In this document: piece after piece, positions 1 through 12,329 of the stretch
Layout: each line of letters opens with the position of its first letter
How positions within the stretch are numbered: position 1 is the stretch's first letter
Source: Azolla caroliniana
Taxonomy: Eukaryota > Plantae > Polypodiophyta
Direction: 5' to 3'
DNA: 64,000 bases
Assembly (NCBI GenBank): GCA_043228905.1
Contig: JBHGNT010000003.1
Coordinates: 10,478,001-10,542,000 of the forward strand
Position numbers and translations under genes: made by a program
The notes under the pieces: model-generated
Seen by the model: only the letters and a program-made list of their open reading frames with translations
What the model was told of the DNA's origin: nothing
Database searches by the model: none

Positions 1-170
1 GTGAAGGGCACAAACTAAAAAAGCCATGGAGGAGAATATCGTATTTAGGGTTTAGATTAGCCATCCTTGTGAAGGGCACAAACTAAAAAAACCATGGATG
101 ATAATATCGTATTTAGGGTTTAGATTGGCTATCCTTGTGAAGGGCACCATGGATGATAATATCGTATTTA
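1..170. repeat. Tandem repeat, 68-bp period, 2 full copies plus a shortened third; may continue left of the window
   Basis: GTGAAGGGCAC recurs at 1, 69 and 137. Full units contain TTTAGGGTTTAG. The third copy lacks the AAACTAAAAAA segment and ends early. Confidence 0.9.
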
Positions 171-1096
171 AGAACAACTCATTGGCTTTATGTACCTAAT
201 AGTCTGCATCGTACTAACACATTGATATACTGCATATGCACTCATAAGGAACAAAAGACTAAACATTGCACGCGAACCATACTTTTGATTCATGAAGGAC
301 ATGAACAAAAACAGTCGTCAATAAATGCTTATAACTATCATAATTAAGGATGAAACATTGGATTAGTCTATTAAATAACCTTGATTCATTTAGCAGCTAA
401 TGGAAGAAAGTATAAGCACCTATATATTTTACCATGTTTTCAAATAGCAAAAAGTGCCAATTGTCGTTAAGTCGTTTTAAAAACTTGTAAGAGTCAAAAT
501 GAAGCGCTCAAAATTTCCCAAACTAATCCACGAGAGTGATGTCTTTGATATGCCAAAAATGTGACAAGATGAGGATGATAACATGATGGATATGAGGAAT
601 TGTATTTTATTGTCAAAATGATTCTAGTAACTATAATAGTTTCTCATTTTAGTTTATCTACAAATACAACTACAAATCACAATATTGAATTATGAAGGTG
701 TGAAAGAGAAGTAGTTAAACTTAAATCTAGTTTTATTTCCCTTCTTTTCCTGCATGGAGTTATTGCATTATGTCACAATGCAATGGGCATGGTCACTCTT
801 GGATCGCCCATAAACAGTGACAATCCTATAAAACTTATGTTAGAATAGGATTTTATAGACTTGGGTCGGGGTAAGAGAGATCATGTATCAATACCATTTA
901 AAAAATAGAACAAATTGAAGAGTTAGTTTAGTGAAACTACTCACTAACTCAAACATGGCACAATGTATACAACCAATACCAAAGAGCGTAAAACTAAATT
1001 TGTAAGTGTTCATTGAACAATTTAAGAGGGAAAGAAAGAGAAATGGAATTGCCAAACCGAAAGGGATTATTAACCAGCACATTAATCCACACAAAC

Positions 1097-1545
1097 AAAC
1101 ATACATGCACGTGCGCCCATATACACTTTATCATTATTTACAAGAGAGTTTAAATTTACATTTCTCATTTACAAGAATAAACTAATGGTTCAACACAAGA
1201 ATTATCCGCATAACCTTGTGAAAGTATATCAAAATGTGGGAGAGCAAAGATGAGGGTAAAAAAACCCTCATCATTTCCAATATGTGCAAGTTTAAATAAG
1301 GAGGCATGTTGTAGAAGGTGGGTGAAACATACATGCACGTGCACACCATATACACTTTATCATTTTTTACAAGAGAGTTTAAATTTACATTTCTCATTTA
1401 CAAGAATAAACCAATGGTTCAACACAAGCATTATCCGCATAACCTTGTGAAAGTATATCAAAATGTGGGAGAACAAAGATGACCAAACTCTCACCATTTC
1501 CAATAGGCGCCAGTTTAAATAAGGAGGCATGTTGCAGGGTGGGTG
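1097..1545. repeat. Tandem duplication of ~228 bp
   Basis: AAACATACATGCACGTGC starts at 1097 and 1325; the copies are colinear to about GGGTGGGTG at 1545. Confidence 0.9.
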
Positions 1546-2482
1546 CTTATCATCATAAAATGGGGGGTATAGCTTATAAGAGAAGTAACATCGATGAACA
1601 AGAGTGTAAGAGGACAAAGAAGAATGTGTGAGGTGCAAGAAAATACAAGGGAATAATGAGATAGTGTAAGAGATAGACGAAGTCTAGAAGGATGTACTAA
1701 TAAAGTCAATAAGTGCTAGAGGAAGGGGGGGGGGGGGGGGGAGTATATGTATGGGAGAAAATTAAGAAAGGTGAAACTCGAGAGTAAAAAGGGTGACATG
1801 AGGGGCATGAGAATACATGACATGAGGAGAACTTCGGACCAAAGGAATAAAGGTTTGTTGCTTGCTCCTATTCTAATGAATCACTAGATTCATCCACCTT
1901 TTCTTCTTAGTTGCCTAAATGGGGAAATGTTTTGATGAAAGTTTGTGGCATGTGAGCCACAAATATTTATATATATGTATAGTATTTTGGGATATTGTTG
2001 CATAGAAAATGTAATGGGTCATTCACACACTTCTCAAACCTGTAATCTTGGAGGACCTAAAAAGAATGTGAACAAACCAAGTTCTAAATTTTAACATCTT
2101 TGAGATTCTAAACCCTAAAACCCCACAACGAGCTTCAAAGTCACAAGAATTAGGTAAATGTCATTCCCAATGGTTTATGAATGGGAAAGATACTTCCATG
2201 GTCCATTGATGAAGTGAGCATATTCATTTAAAAACTAACATACAAGTTCACAATCATATAAAAGTCAAGCGTTTCTTACCCTTCCCTTCAACCCACCTCA
2301 AGAAGGTAAAATGGTGTCATGAAGAATGGAAGTTAGACAAGTAGATAGGTAGAATATGGTAATCAATGCTCCAAAAATATGATTATATATACTGAAAATT
2401 CAGTTGATCGTTTTGTTTCCAACTAAAAACTAGAAATAACACAAGGTAGACAGTACAATATTTTAGATATATACAAGTCAAT

Positions 2483-2555
2483 CACGCCCGGTGGGACTCG
2501 AACCCACAATCCCTTGATTAGAAGTCAAGTGCCTTATCCATTAGGCCACGGGCGC
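2483..2555 (-). tRNA. tRNA-Arg(UCU), 73 nt, intronless
   Basis: Reverse complement is GCGCCCGTGGCCTAATGGATAAGGCACTTGACTTCTAATCAAGGGATTGTGGGTTCGAGTCCCACCGGGCGTG. It has an acceptor stem, D arm, anticodon arm CTTGA-CTTCTAA-TCAAG and a TTCGA T-loop, matching the plant cytosolic Arg-TCT pattern. Confidence 0.96.
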
Positions 2556-2715
2556 AAGTTGATGAGAAAGGAGAATTTTTTCACATTATTATCGAAATTA
2601 TAGGAAATATCCACACAAAGAAAATCTTACAAAAATAGGAAAAAAACCATTGAGCTAAAATACGTTCCCAGATGAGCATACACATATTCATCGCTACGTA
2701 GTCCGGAAGGATTTC

Positions 2716-3232
2716 CTTTACAAAGGTTCAAAAAGATTACAAGCTTTTGAACAATTGCAAGCAGAAATTACACCTGCTTTTCAGGTTTTTTCTGAGTTAA
2801 TGCATTACTTGAATACATTACAAGTTAAGTTTGTGTTTCCGGGGTTTCCCAGTCACATAATTATAAGAAAGAAAATGTATCAAAATCCACGCCCTCGCCT
2901 GCTCACCCTCTCCATCAATGGGGCTTTACAAAAAGAATATAATTTGAATTCCATTCTGGACTACCTTTACAATCGTTCACAAAGATTACAGGCACTTGTA
3001 TACCTTCACATGCGAGCTTTTGAACAATGGCAAACGGAAATTACAACTGCTTTTCAGGTTTTTTTCCAGGTTAATGCATTACTTGAATACATTACAAGTT
3101 AAGTTTGTTTTTCCGGGTTTTTCCTGGTCACATAATAATTATAAGAAAGAAAATGTATCGAAATCCATGCCCTCGCCTACTCACCCTCTACATCAATGGG
3201 GCTTTACAAAAAGAATATAATTTGAATTCCAT
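2716..3232. repeat. Direct duplication (~240 and ~267 bp) in the photolyase 3' region
   Basis: Copies 2716-2954 and 2966-3232 both run TTTACAA...AAAGATTACA...AGCTTTTGAACAA...TTTGAATTCCAT; copy 2 has a ~24-bp extra segment. Confidence 0.9.
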
Positions 3233-3279
3233 GTCATTGAATTAAATATCAAGACTTGCTTCCATGATCACATTTGTGA

Positions 3280-6200
3280 TCAAGTGGACTGTGATGGAAT
3301 GTTGTCGGAAACTTTTGCTGCCTTCCTCAGTTCCGCAACAGCTCTCTTCACATACATAATGTAACCATCCACATTGAACTTCCTTTTACATCCATTATAA
3401 TTCATATATCGGATCTTTCCAAACACTGGACGTTCTTTCCATCCCTGCGAAACCAAGAGAAAGTACATAGGTATCTTCATAATGACTGAGAAATCTCACA
3501 AGAAAAGAAAACTGGTGTCTTTAAGGATTGTAACATACATAAACATGTATATATGTGCATATGTACGCACATACACATATACTTGTATGTTTATGCATAT
3601 GCATGTGTGTATGTGTGTGCGCATCTTCAGCTTGAGGTCCATATCTGTTATTTTTGTTTTCCCCCCCATTCATGTCTCCCATGCCATTGGTAGGCATTAT
3701 TCATGCCCTATTTTTTGAATATTTCCAATGTAAATATTCTTTGCAAGTTTTCACATCAATTTGTAGCCTCCCACCAATAATATAATGCATTGCAAAAAAA
3801 TAGAAGTATTTATAGTGCATACGTAATGTGTGTGTATGTAAGTCTGCACATATACTGCATATATCATGTATACCTATACCTGATCATGTATGCCACATAT
3901 TGACCACATGCAACCTACATAGCCATTAGGGTCCCGTCCATCCAGTTCATACTGTAAGATAATACAACCAACTCTGAGGGCTTTAAAATAGTTGTGACAT
4001 TTTATGACATACCAAGTACTAACTTATAAGATGAAGAATATTGACCTTGTCATTGAGGTATATCGCAATAGCTAGTGCTTCCTCTGGCCCGGTTGTCCAC
4101 TCAAGGATTTTCTTCGCCCAATACATTCTTCAAACAACAAAACAAAATCAAGTTAATTTCCTTCAAAACCAACTGAAACAACATGGTGGGGGGGGGCTAA
4201 GAAAATTACCTCATAAATCCATGCATTTTCCCAAGATGAACCATTTCCAATTGAGAAGCATTCCATAGCTTGAAATATAATAAAACCAAAATGTCTGAGA
4301 TTTAGTAGCCAAGATGTGCAACAGGCACAAGGGATGATAATGTGTATTAAAAAATGGTATACTTACTTCATCATGAGTTTTTGCCTTCTCCAGTTGGTCT
4401 CGCCTGGAATATTCAACAGAAAAATCAAAGAATACATGAGAAAATGTCCACGAGTTATCAAGTTCTCAAGCTAGGCTTCTCAAAAAAATAGATTGCCACT
4501 CTATAGTTAAATGCTAGGAAATCCCTCTGTGTAGCCTTCTAAAACCATAGGTTAGATCTCAAGCTATATTTTCAGTTGAAAACCTATTAAGAGAGAAAAA
4601 TATAGGTTATGCAAGAGTATATATTCATATATATATGATATAAACTCTGAAGTACCTCTGGGTTTTACTTCACTTATAGAAATGCATTAGATTTTTGTTT
4701 TTCCCCAAATGCCCCTGGTACAACCCCCTTCCCCGAGAAGAGAAAACAGCAATGCATTGGCCATATAATTGCTCAAATTAGCACTCACAATGAAGAAAAA
4801 AAGGGGAGGAATTAACCATTATAATTGGCCAAAAAGCACACATAATTAGTTCACGAGGGAATTGACGAAGGGTATGCATGGAGAAAACGAAAACTGAGGA
4901 AATAAAGAAGAACAACTCAGGGGTGTATATAGTACTCACGTATAGATATGTTCCCTCTTATCAGAGGCATGCTCTAGCAGTGTGCTCTGTGCCCATTGGT
5001 ACGCGCCTTGAAGGTTGTCATAGTGAGGTTGATAAAAACAAAAGTTATCTGCTAGCTCTCTTCTAATAATCAGCTCCTCAAGAAAACTATCTATTGCCTG
5101 AAAATCCACCAAGCAAATGATATAAAAGGAGAAAACCTCCTCAAAGAAAAAGATATATGACATTGAGAATCGAATCGATGAAGAAGAACCTTTGTATGGG
5201 AGGTTCTTAATTTTCGACCCTCCAATGCACAACGTTGGGCGGATATATGACCATAATGCAAGTAAGGTGATAATCCCGAAAGTCCAGAGGGTTTGCTAGG
5301 ATCATTACGATCATCTGCATAGTTCTTTATCCGTGTCGTGAGGAACCCATTCTTCTTCCCTAAGAGCACATCCATCGCTTCATCTTCTCCAGGTTTACAC
5401 CATTTGACCTCAGGCACTTCTCCACCCTTCCTAACACGACAAACAAATTTAATAGGCATATTGATTTAAACTTTCAGGCCATGTTCCACTAAGATTTAAT
5501 AGAAATGCGTTAGTGTTTTAAATTTTTGTTAAAAGCGAAAATTTCTATTCCAATCCATCTTCTTTCATATTTTAAGGTTATAGCTTGTGAGACTAAAACT
5601 TTTAGCATTTAGTAATTTTCTTTTGTAATGATAACAAAATCTTCGTGGTACATGAATCTTATCTATAAATTGGATGTAACTGTTTCATACTTTTACCTTG
5701 TGACTTCGTCTATGAGTGAGTCCCAATCAATTATATCCGGCTTTTCTGATGCTGACCATGTCTCATTCAAGGCCTCAAGTTGAGGATATTCAACAAGATA
5801 CTCTGGCAAGTGTTTTTGAATCTTAGTTCGGATCGTTCGAGCACTATATTCCAATTTATCGGATGAAACCCACAATGGTACTACATTGTGAGCATCGACC
5901 TCATATACATCAACAAAAGGGGGTACTCTTTGACAAACACCCTTACGCCACTCTCTACAAATTCTTAATGGAGAAAAATCAACAACAAGCGTCGATGCGC
6001 TGCATTTTTCGAGAAGAGCGGGAATGTTGTCCTCCGGTTCTCCCTGTGTAATGTATCAAAGATTCAACAACGAATCCACAATTTTTATCAAAACGGAAAT
6101 GTATAAGATCGCACGGTCATCACAACCTCCATGAAGTATATGGATATAAATGTTAGACCTTTGATTATATCTCTTTTAGCACCTTTCATATACATGCCTC

Positions 6201-6971
6201 TTTGAGCCACATATTAGAGGGAGAGTAGATTTGTTCCACAAGTATACAGCCATGATCTACCCCTAAGAGAATCACATGAGTTCCTGCCTGTATTCCACTT
6301 GGATTTTGTTAGAAATTATGGTAAACCGTTTAACAGTTCAGAAGCACACCCCTAAAAGAAACGCGAGAATTACTAGCTATATTGATTTCTTGTTGGATGT
6401 TACTGCAAAAACTCTCAACAGTCAGGAAGAAACATGCATTTCAAGTATGTTTTACTTGACTTTGGTGCAGAAATTCCTTGCTTTTTTTATAGAAGCTAAC
6501 TGAAAAACACATCACAAATATTCCAACTACATTCCACTTTATTTCTGCTAAGCCATCATTATGCAAACAGCCTAAAACCTAAAGCCTAATACAACCCTGT
6601 AACCTAAAACCCTGCTATTTTTATTATTATTAAAGAAGAATCTCTAATTGAGAAACCCTCAACATACTCACCCTGACGAGGAAGAAGGGTATATTAAGGG
6701 CTGCAAGTTTTTTCTCAACAATCCGAAGGCCTCTGAGCATGAATGCGAAATGCCGAGCCCGAGCTCCGAGAAAGCTTTCGACAAGATTGAACACAACACC
6801 AAGAGATGCACCTTTCCTCTTTGCTGTCTCAAAGGCATAAAGAAGCGCCCAATTGTCTATGGATCTCTGATCTCTAGACATCCAGTAAAGAACAGGGGCC
6901 CCTGTTCCTGCTGATTCAATGGAGGATTTCTTCAGCAATCGAACTCTGTTAGGGTTTGTTGCAGAAGAAAT

Positions 6972-7003
<32 letters not shown>

Positions 7004-7181
7004 GTAACGATGATACAGATGGTGATGCTGAAGAAAAAGAAGTTGACCCATCGTAGTCTGTGCTCTGTTTCTTATTCTTCTTAAGTGGGGTTGAGAGAGA
7101 AGGAGAATGAGGGTTAGGGTTAGGGTTTATGGGTCTCTTTCTTGCCGAGAGGAGCTTTGTTGCAGACCCGGGGGTCGCCAT
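3280..7181 (-). CDS. PHR1: Class II CPD photolyase (deoxyribodipyrimidine photo-lyase), 9 exons, 556 aa
   Basis: Exons on minus: 7181-6672, 6043-5697, 5430-5190, 5097-4940, 4403-4367, 4268-4210, 4127-4046, 3951-3880, 3444-3280. All introns are GT..AG with consistent phases; total 1671 nt = 557 codons. Motifs: [112 protein letters not shown]. Confidence 0.97.
6972..7003. repeat. (TGA)10 microsatellite encoding poly-Ser in photolyase exon 1
   Basis: TGA run on plus; read as TCA (Ser) codons on minus. Confidence 0.9.
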
Positions 7182-7320
7182 GGCGGGAAAAGAAGGAAGA
7201 AAATCGCAGAGGAAAAGTAGTTAAATCAAATGCGTATCACACATACATACATACATACATATAACGAAGGAGGAGTGAGATTCTCTGTCTCTGCACGCCT
7301 CCTGAGACTGTGCGGGGCAT

Positions 7321-7367
7321 GCCACGTCGTCACGTGACGTGGCTCCTCAAGAGCCTTGACACGTCAC
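7321..7367. promoter_or_regulatory. Cluster of ACGT-core (G/C-box, ACE) elements in the PHR1 proximal promoter
   Basis: GCCACGTCGTCACGTGACGTGGC (3 ACGT cores, near-palindrome) plus TGACACGTCA, 140-190 bp upstream of the ATG. Confidence 0.6.
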
Positions 7368-8090
7368 CCCTCTCTCTTTCTATTGTACCATGCTATTATT
7401 GGAGACCTAACGAGGAGGAGTTATCCAAAGTCAACCTTAGAGAGAAGCTCATGCACGCTGAGGGAATAAATGCAATCCTTGAGCTCAAAGCCTTAGAACA
7501 AAGGGATTGATCTCTATGGTCTTATGACAAGTTGGTCAAGGCAAGTGCCCTAATGAGAATCTTGACTAATACGCAGGATCCCATAATGTTTCAAGGCAAG
7601 TACACAAGATCCCATAATACGCTACTCGTATGGATATAGCTTTTAAACATGGGGATCATAGGGTAAGGCTTGTGAACACCAAATTCGTGCCACCAGAGTC
7701 AAGCTAGACTTCTACTTCTTTAGTACTTTTGCTAGTCGTGAGGAGCCACGATAAGATCCCAAACGAAGAAATCCTCACAAGTGAACATAACCCTGATAAC
7801 CCAACACACAATGACAACAAAAGAAAAATGACTCGACAATACTTTGATCCTTCCAAACGTTGCCAACCTCTTTTTAATATTCAACACTCTTCCCGTATGA
7901 GAGAGGCTCACATGCTTGTGTGATTTGTTTGAAGCTCTCGATACTATCTTGTTTATCTAGGCCAGATTATTCGTAATGTTTATATTACTACTAAAAGGTG
8001 TGGATTTTAGGATAGTATTCTTTTGATATTTTTTGAAAACTCAGGGGCATTTGGAAACATAAAGCCCCTACCTTTTTGCCCTAATAATAG

Positions 8091-9250
8091 TGTTACGAGC
8101 ATGACCATATAATATCTCGTGGTAAGATTGTACCGTAGTATTCTATACACGTGGATAAAGTGTGAGGGTTAACGAGAGTGTAGAGAAGGGAAGGATTGCT
8201 TTTAATCCTTGGGATTGAGACAACCCATTAAGGCCAAGTGTGAACTTGCCTTGTGGCCTTAGGTCTGGCTATAAATATGGGGCCTAGTTACCCTCATTTG
8301 ACACATTATCGACTACATCGAGACTCTGTCCTCGTGGTGATTCAACTCTTGTAGTGAGTGCACCAATACAAAGTACAACTCGACGCCACGACGGTGGTAT
8401 GGGATACCGATTGAGGCTCGAATCCATCTCGATCCCTTTGCTCAGGGGTGGTCGGATGGATTGGCACGCTTCTTTCTCTCCTTTCTTTTCTATTTATCTA
8501 TTATATCCTTATAGTAAGCTTACATTAGGATCTAGCTCTAACAATTGGTATCCGAGCCTCGATTCCTAATGTTTCTTTTGTTGATTGTTGTTTTTTGGTT
8601 GGATGGTGATCGATCGATGTGCGGTCGAGCTTGATCCAGAAACATGGCAACAAAAGAACTTCGGCATTCCTTTCTTTCCTTTTTTTAATATTCTTTCTTC
8701 TCCCATTCTAATCATGTTTATGTCATTATGCATTATTTCAATCATTGAGATATGTTGTAGTGGTAATCGATTGGTTGTATAAAATGTACATGTGTACAGA
8801 TATGAGGTCATTTCCTCAATTGTTATACGATTTGTGTCGTATGCGCAAGAGGTCAATACCTCGATTGCGTATTACGTTCGCTACATATGTTACGTTGTGT
8901 ATGAGGTCCATACCTCAATTGTTATATATTGGCTATGTGATTTGTGTCATATGTGTAAGAGGTCAATATCTCAATTCCGTATTACGTACACTCTTGTTTT
9001 TTTGGATGTTACGTGTGTGTAGAGGCTATATGCCTCAATTACGTATCTCGATTACATCATTAGTTGGTTATGTTTTGGTTGACGATTCTTTTATATACAC
9101 ATATGTAATCACATGTATACGTTAATCATATACATGTCATGAAAATATATGTGAGTATATTAGAAATTTGTTATGTTATGTTAATTGATCGATGGTTGTC
9201 TTTCGGGGAAGGATCTGTTACGAATATGTCCCTCCAATGGGAGGAGCCGC
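8091..9250 (+). mobile_element. A0: 5' LTR (8091-8543), PBS and leader of a truncated chromoviral Ty3/gypsy element
   Basis: LTR TGTTACGAGC...CTCTAACA followed by TGGTATCCGAGCC (tRNA-iMet PBS). The leader is homologous to the A2 leader next to its PBS (reverse strand). No coding region remains; right boundary approximate. Confidence 0.88.
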
Positions 9251-9254
9251 CTGA

Positions 9255-9410
9255 TTGGATGAGAGCCGACAGTCAAAGCGTCGACTCAGAGAGAGTTGAT
9301 CGAGGTCGGAGACACGACCGACTAGTTCTAAACTCTCAGAACTATGTAGATTGGAAGATAAAGATGGAGGACCTTCTCATAGTCAAAGACATGTACGAGC
9401 CGATCGACAT
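9255..9410 (+). pseudogene. Ty1/copia gag N-terminal fragment (Tork/Tnt1-like)
   Basis: LVLNSQNYVDWKIKMEDLLIVKDMYEPI fits the copia gag start consensus. Confidence 0.7.
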
Positions 9411-12329
9411 GAGTTTCCAGATGCGTAGCTATTTAGGGTGACTGCGGAAAACACAGTAGACGAAATGGTGGCCGATGACGATAAATGGCTCACTAACATG
9501 GAACAATTCTTGAGCACCAGACTGCCTCTGGACGAATTCAATCGGGACGAACAGAAACGGTTGGCAGTCCAAAGCCGTCATTTTTGTGTATTACAGGACA
9601 CGTTGTACCACAAGGGAGCTAATGGAATATGGCGACGCGTGGTTCGGAGCGACGAAGCCCATTGCGGAGTGGCCACTATGCTGGGGACACTACATCACGA
9701 AAATTTTGGAAAAGTGGATTATGGTGGCCGACAACCCTGAAAGACGTGATCCGGTAAGGAATGCGATCTCTGTCAACAGATGAGCCAACCCACAGAACAA
9801 GCACGAATGCTGCACCAACTAGTCTTGCCATTGGATCCTTTTCAGAAATGGGGTTTGGATTTTGTAGGACCATTCAAGCCGTCGGCAATGCAAATCGGCA
9901 ACCGGTATATTATTGTCGCAGTCAATTACTGTACAAAGTGGGTAGAAGCCAAAGCTCTGCGAGACAACACCGCAACATCGACAACAAAATTTCTATGTGA
10001 ATACATTTGGTGCAGATATGGTTGTCTGATCGAGCTTATCAATGATTAGTATTAGAGACATGTACTAAAGTAAGCATTAGATAAGGATAGATCTAGGTAG
10101 ATAGAAAGAAATGAGAGAGAAAGAAGGGTGCCGATCCACCCGACCACCCCCGAGCGAAGGGATCGAGACGGACTCGAGCCTCGATCGGCGTCCCATACCA
10201 TTGCCATGGCGTCAAGTCGTACCTGGTGCTGGTGCGCTCGCTACAAGAGTTGACCCACCACAAGACAGAGTCTCGACGTAGTCAACAAGATCGTCAAATG
10301 AGGGTAGCTAGGCCTCTTATTTATAGTGATACCCAAGGCCCCCCCAGCCATGTTCACACTTGGCCTAATGGGTTGTCTCAATCCCGAGGATTAAAAGTAA
10401 TCCTCCCCTTCTTTAGACTCTCGTTTAACCCTCACACTTATCCACGTGTATAGAATACTATGGTAAATTCTCACCACGGGATATTATATGGTCATGCCCG
10501 TAACATACTCCCCCTCTTTAAAACATTGCACTCTTGCAATGGAAAGTTAAGGAAGTTAGTTCTGAGAGTACTCTTGTGTTCCCAGGTGGCATCTTTTATT
10601 GATTTATCCATCCATTTTATTTTAAATTCTTGGATTTCTTTAGTACGTAATTTTTTTGTTTTAACATCGAGAATTCTTTCTGGTACATGTGGTTTAGAAG
10701 ATAATTCTTCAGAAGTAACCAGAGTTCCAGTTGTAACTGTATTGTCGCCAGAACCTAGAAGTTCTTTTAGATGACTCACATGAAAAAATGGATGAATTCC
10801 AACACCATCGGGAAGAGCGAGACGATAGGTTGTTGACCCAATCCGTTTGAGGACTGTAAAAGGTCCACACAACCGTGGGGCTAACTTAGCGCACTTACCC
10901 GTAGACAATGTCTTAGAATTGTGAGGTACACATAAAAATACCTTTTGTCCAGGTTTGAATACACGAGGTTGCCTATGATGATCGACATAAAAACGCGCTC
11001 TATCTTGAGCTGTTTTTATATTATCTCGTTATCGTGAAGAAAATCGTCCCTAGGCGGAAACCGAGTTTAGCGTGTGTAAACCAGCCCTTACACGCGATCA
11101 CACTTTTCGTTGTATGGTAAGTAGGTAGGTACAAGTCGACTGAGGTGAAATCCTAGGTAGCACGTAGTCAATAGGGAGAGAATCGAGGTGTATCTCTATC
11201 CAAAAGGAAAGAGAATTAATGTGATGTAACAGATGGTAACGGCCTCCCTCCTTGGGCTATAAAAGAGAGGGAGAGGAATGGGAAGGGTATTGTGCGTTAG
11301 AGAGGACGAAGTGTTGCCGGACTGGGACCGAGCCCTTCTCCTCTGCCACTCTCCATAGCCATTTTGCGCAGGTTTTCCGGAGGCTGACTCTGCTCCGTGG
11401 AATGCCCGTGTGCTTCCGACTGAGTCTCCATCTCGCTCTTCTGTGTGTGAGTGAATATGCGTCGGTGTTCGCCTTGCCGGCCTGTTAGTTGTAACCATCT
11501 TGATATATATATATATATATTTATATACATACGTGTTTATATACTCGGAGCTCTAGTCATCTCGTTTTGCTGTGTTGTTGGACTGTGATTCCTGTGTACT
11601 CCCGTGTCTACGTGTGTGCAAGTGCGTCCGTTGTCTTTCCGTTCTCCTCCTTCTCAACTATTTCTCGGTCCAAGACCTCGGTGGTCCCGCCTCGTTCTCC
11701 ACGCACGCGCGTAACAACGCGACATATTTGGTGAATCTGACGTGAAATAGGCGGTAGAGGAATAGAAAGATGAGGGGGTCGGATCTCGCGGAAGGCATGG
11801 CTTCGGCTGTGGATCAGATAGTGAGTGCGCGCGAAGGCGCAAGCGCCCTCGATAGGGCTATTGAAGCAGTCGTCAGCAGGATAGGCCGGTTCAGTGGGAA
11901 GGACGCCACGAGTTATTTGGAGGCCTACCGGGCCGAGATGGTAATGAGAGACATTTCGGAAGAAAGGCGACTGACTGGATTCCCTTGGGTGGCGATGCCG
12001 GGCATCCATGCGGAGGTGCTCGAGGTACGGGCTGAGAGCCTGACTTGGGAAGAGTTTGAAGGTCGGCTCCTCGAAAAATACGGGCTTGATGACGAGCTTC
12101 GGCTCTTGAAACGGGACTTCATGGAATGGGTAGAGACCCCTGAAAAGGGGAGAAACGCGCCGGTGCTCCTCCGGGAGTTTGAAGAACGTTTCGCGCGTCT
12201 TTCGGCGCTCAACCGGACCATACTAGACACAAGTCGCGTCTTGCTGTTCATTAAGTCGGTGGATGCGAGGGACCGGGAGAGAGTCTGTGGCCGTTTCGAC
12301 AAACGGCGAGAGTGGGTCGATAAAGGATC

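Noticed and set aside
1725-1741. G17 homopolymer as a possible PPT or G-quadruplex
   Set aside because: No adjacent LTR; homopolymer length is unreliable; no functional evidence.
2755-3220. 115-aa and 74-aa ORFs with internal repetition
   Set aside because: Products of the local duplication; non-ATG starts and no recognisable domain.
6571-6614. Degenerate CCTAAA repeats in photolyase intron 1
   Set aside because: Too short and degenerate to call an interstitial telomere; such motifs are common in plant DNA.
7310-8090. Possible divergent gene, Helitron or DNA-transposon end upstream of PHR1 (AGGGGC/GCCCCT hairpin at 8043-8069)
   Set aside because: Only short ORFs without motifs; no matching terminus or TSD found.
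8804-9036. Palindromic repeats with spacers resembling a CRISPR array
   Set aside because: Repeats are only 14-15 nt, the spacers are related to each other, there are no cas genes, and the context is a eukaryotic retroelement leader.
8091-10505. Treating the LTRs at 8091 and 10050 as the two ends of one element
   Set aside because: They are in opposite orientation, and the 10050 LTR pairs with 36422 through the ATTAG TSD.
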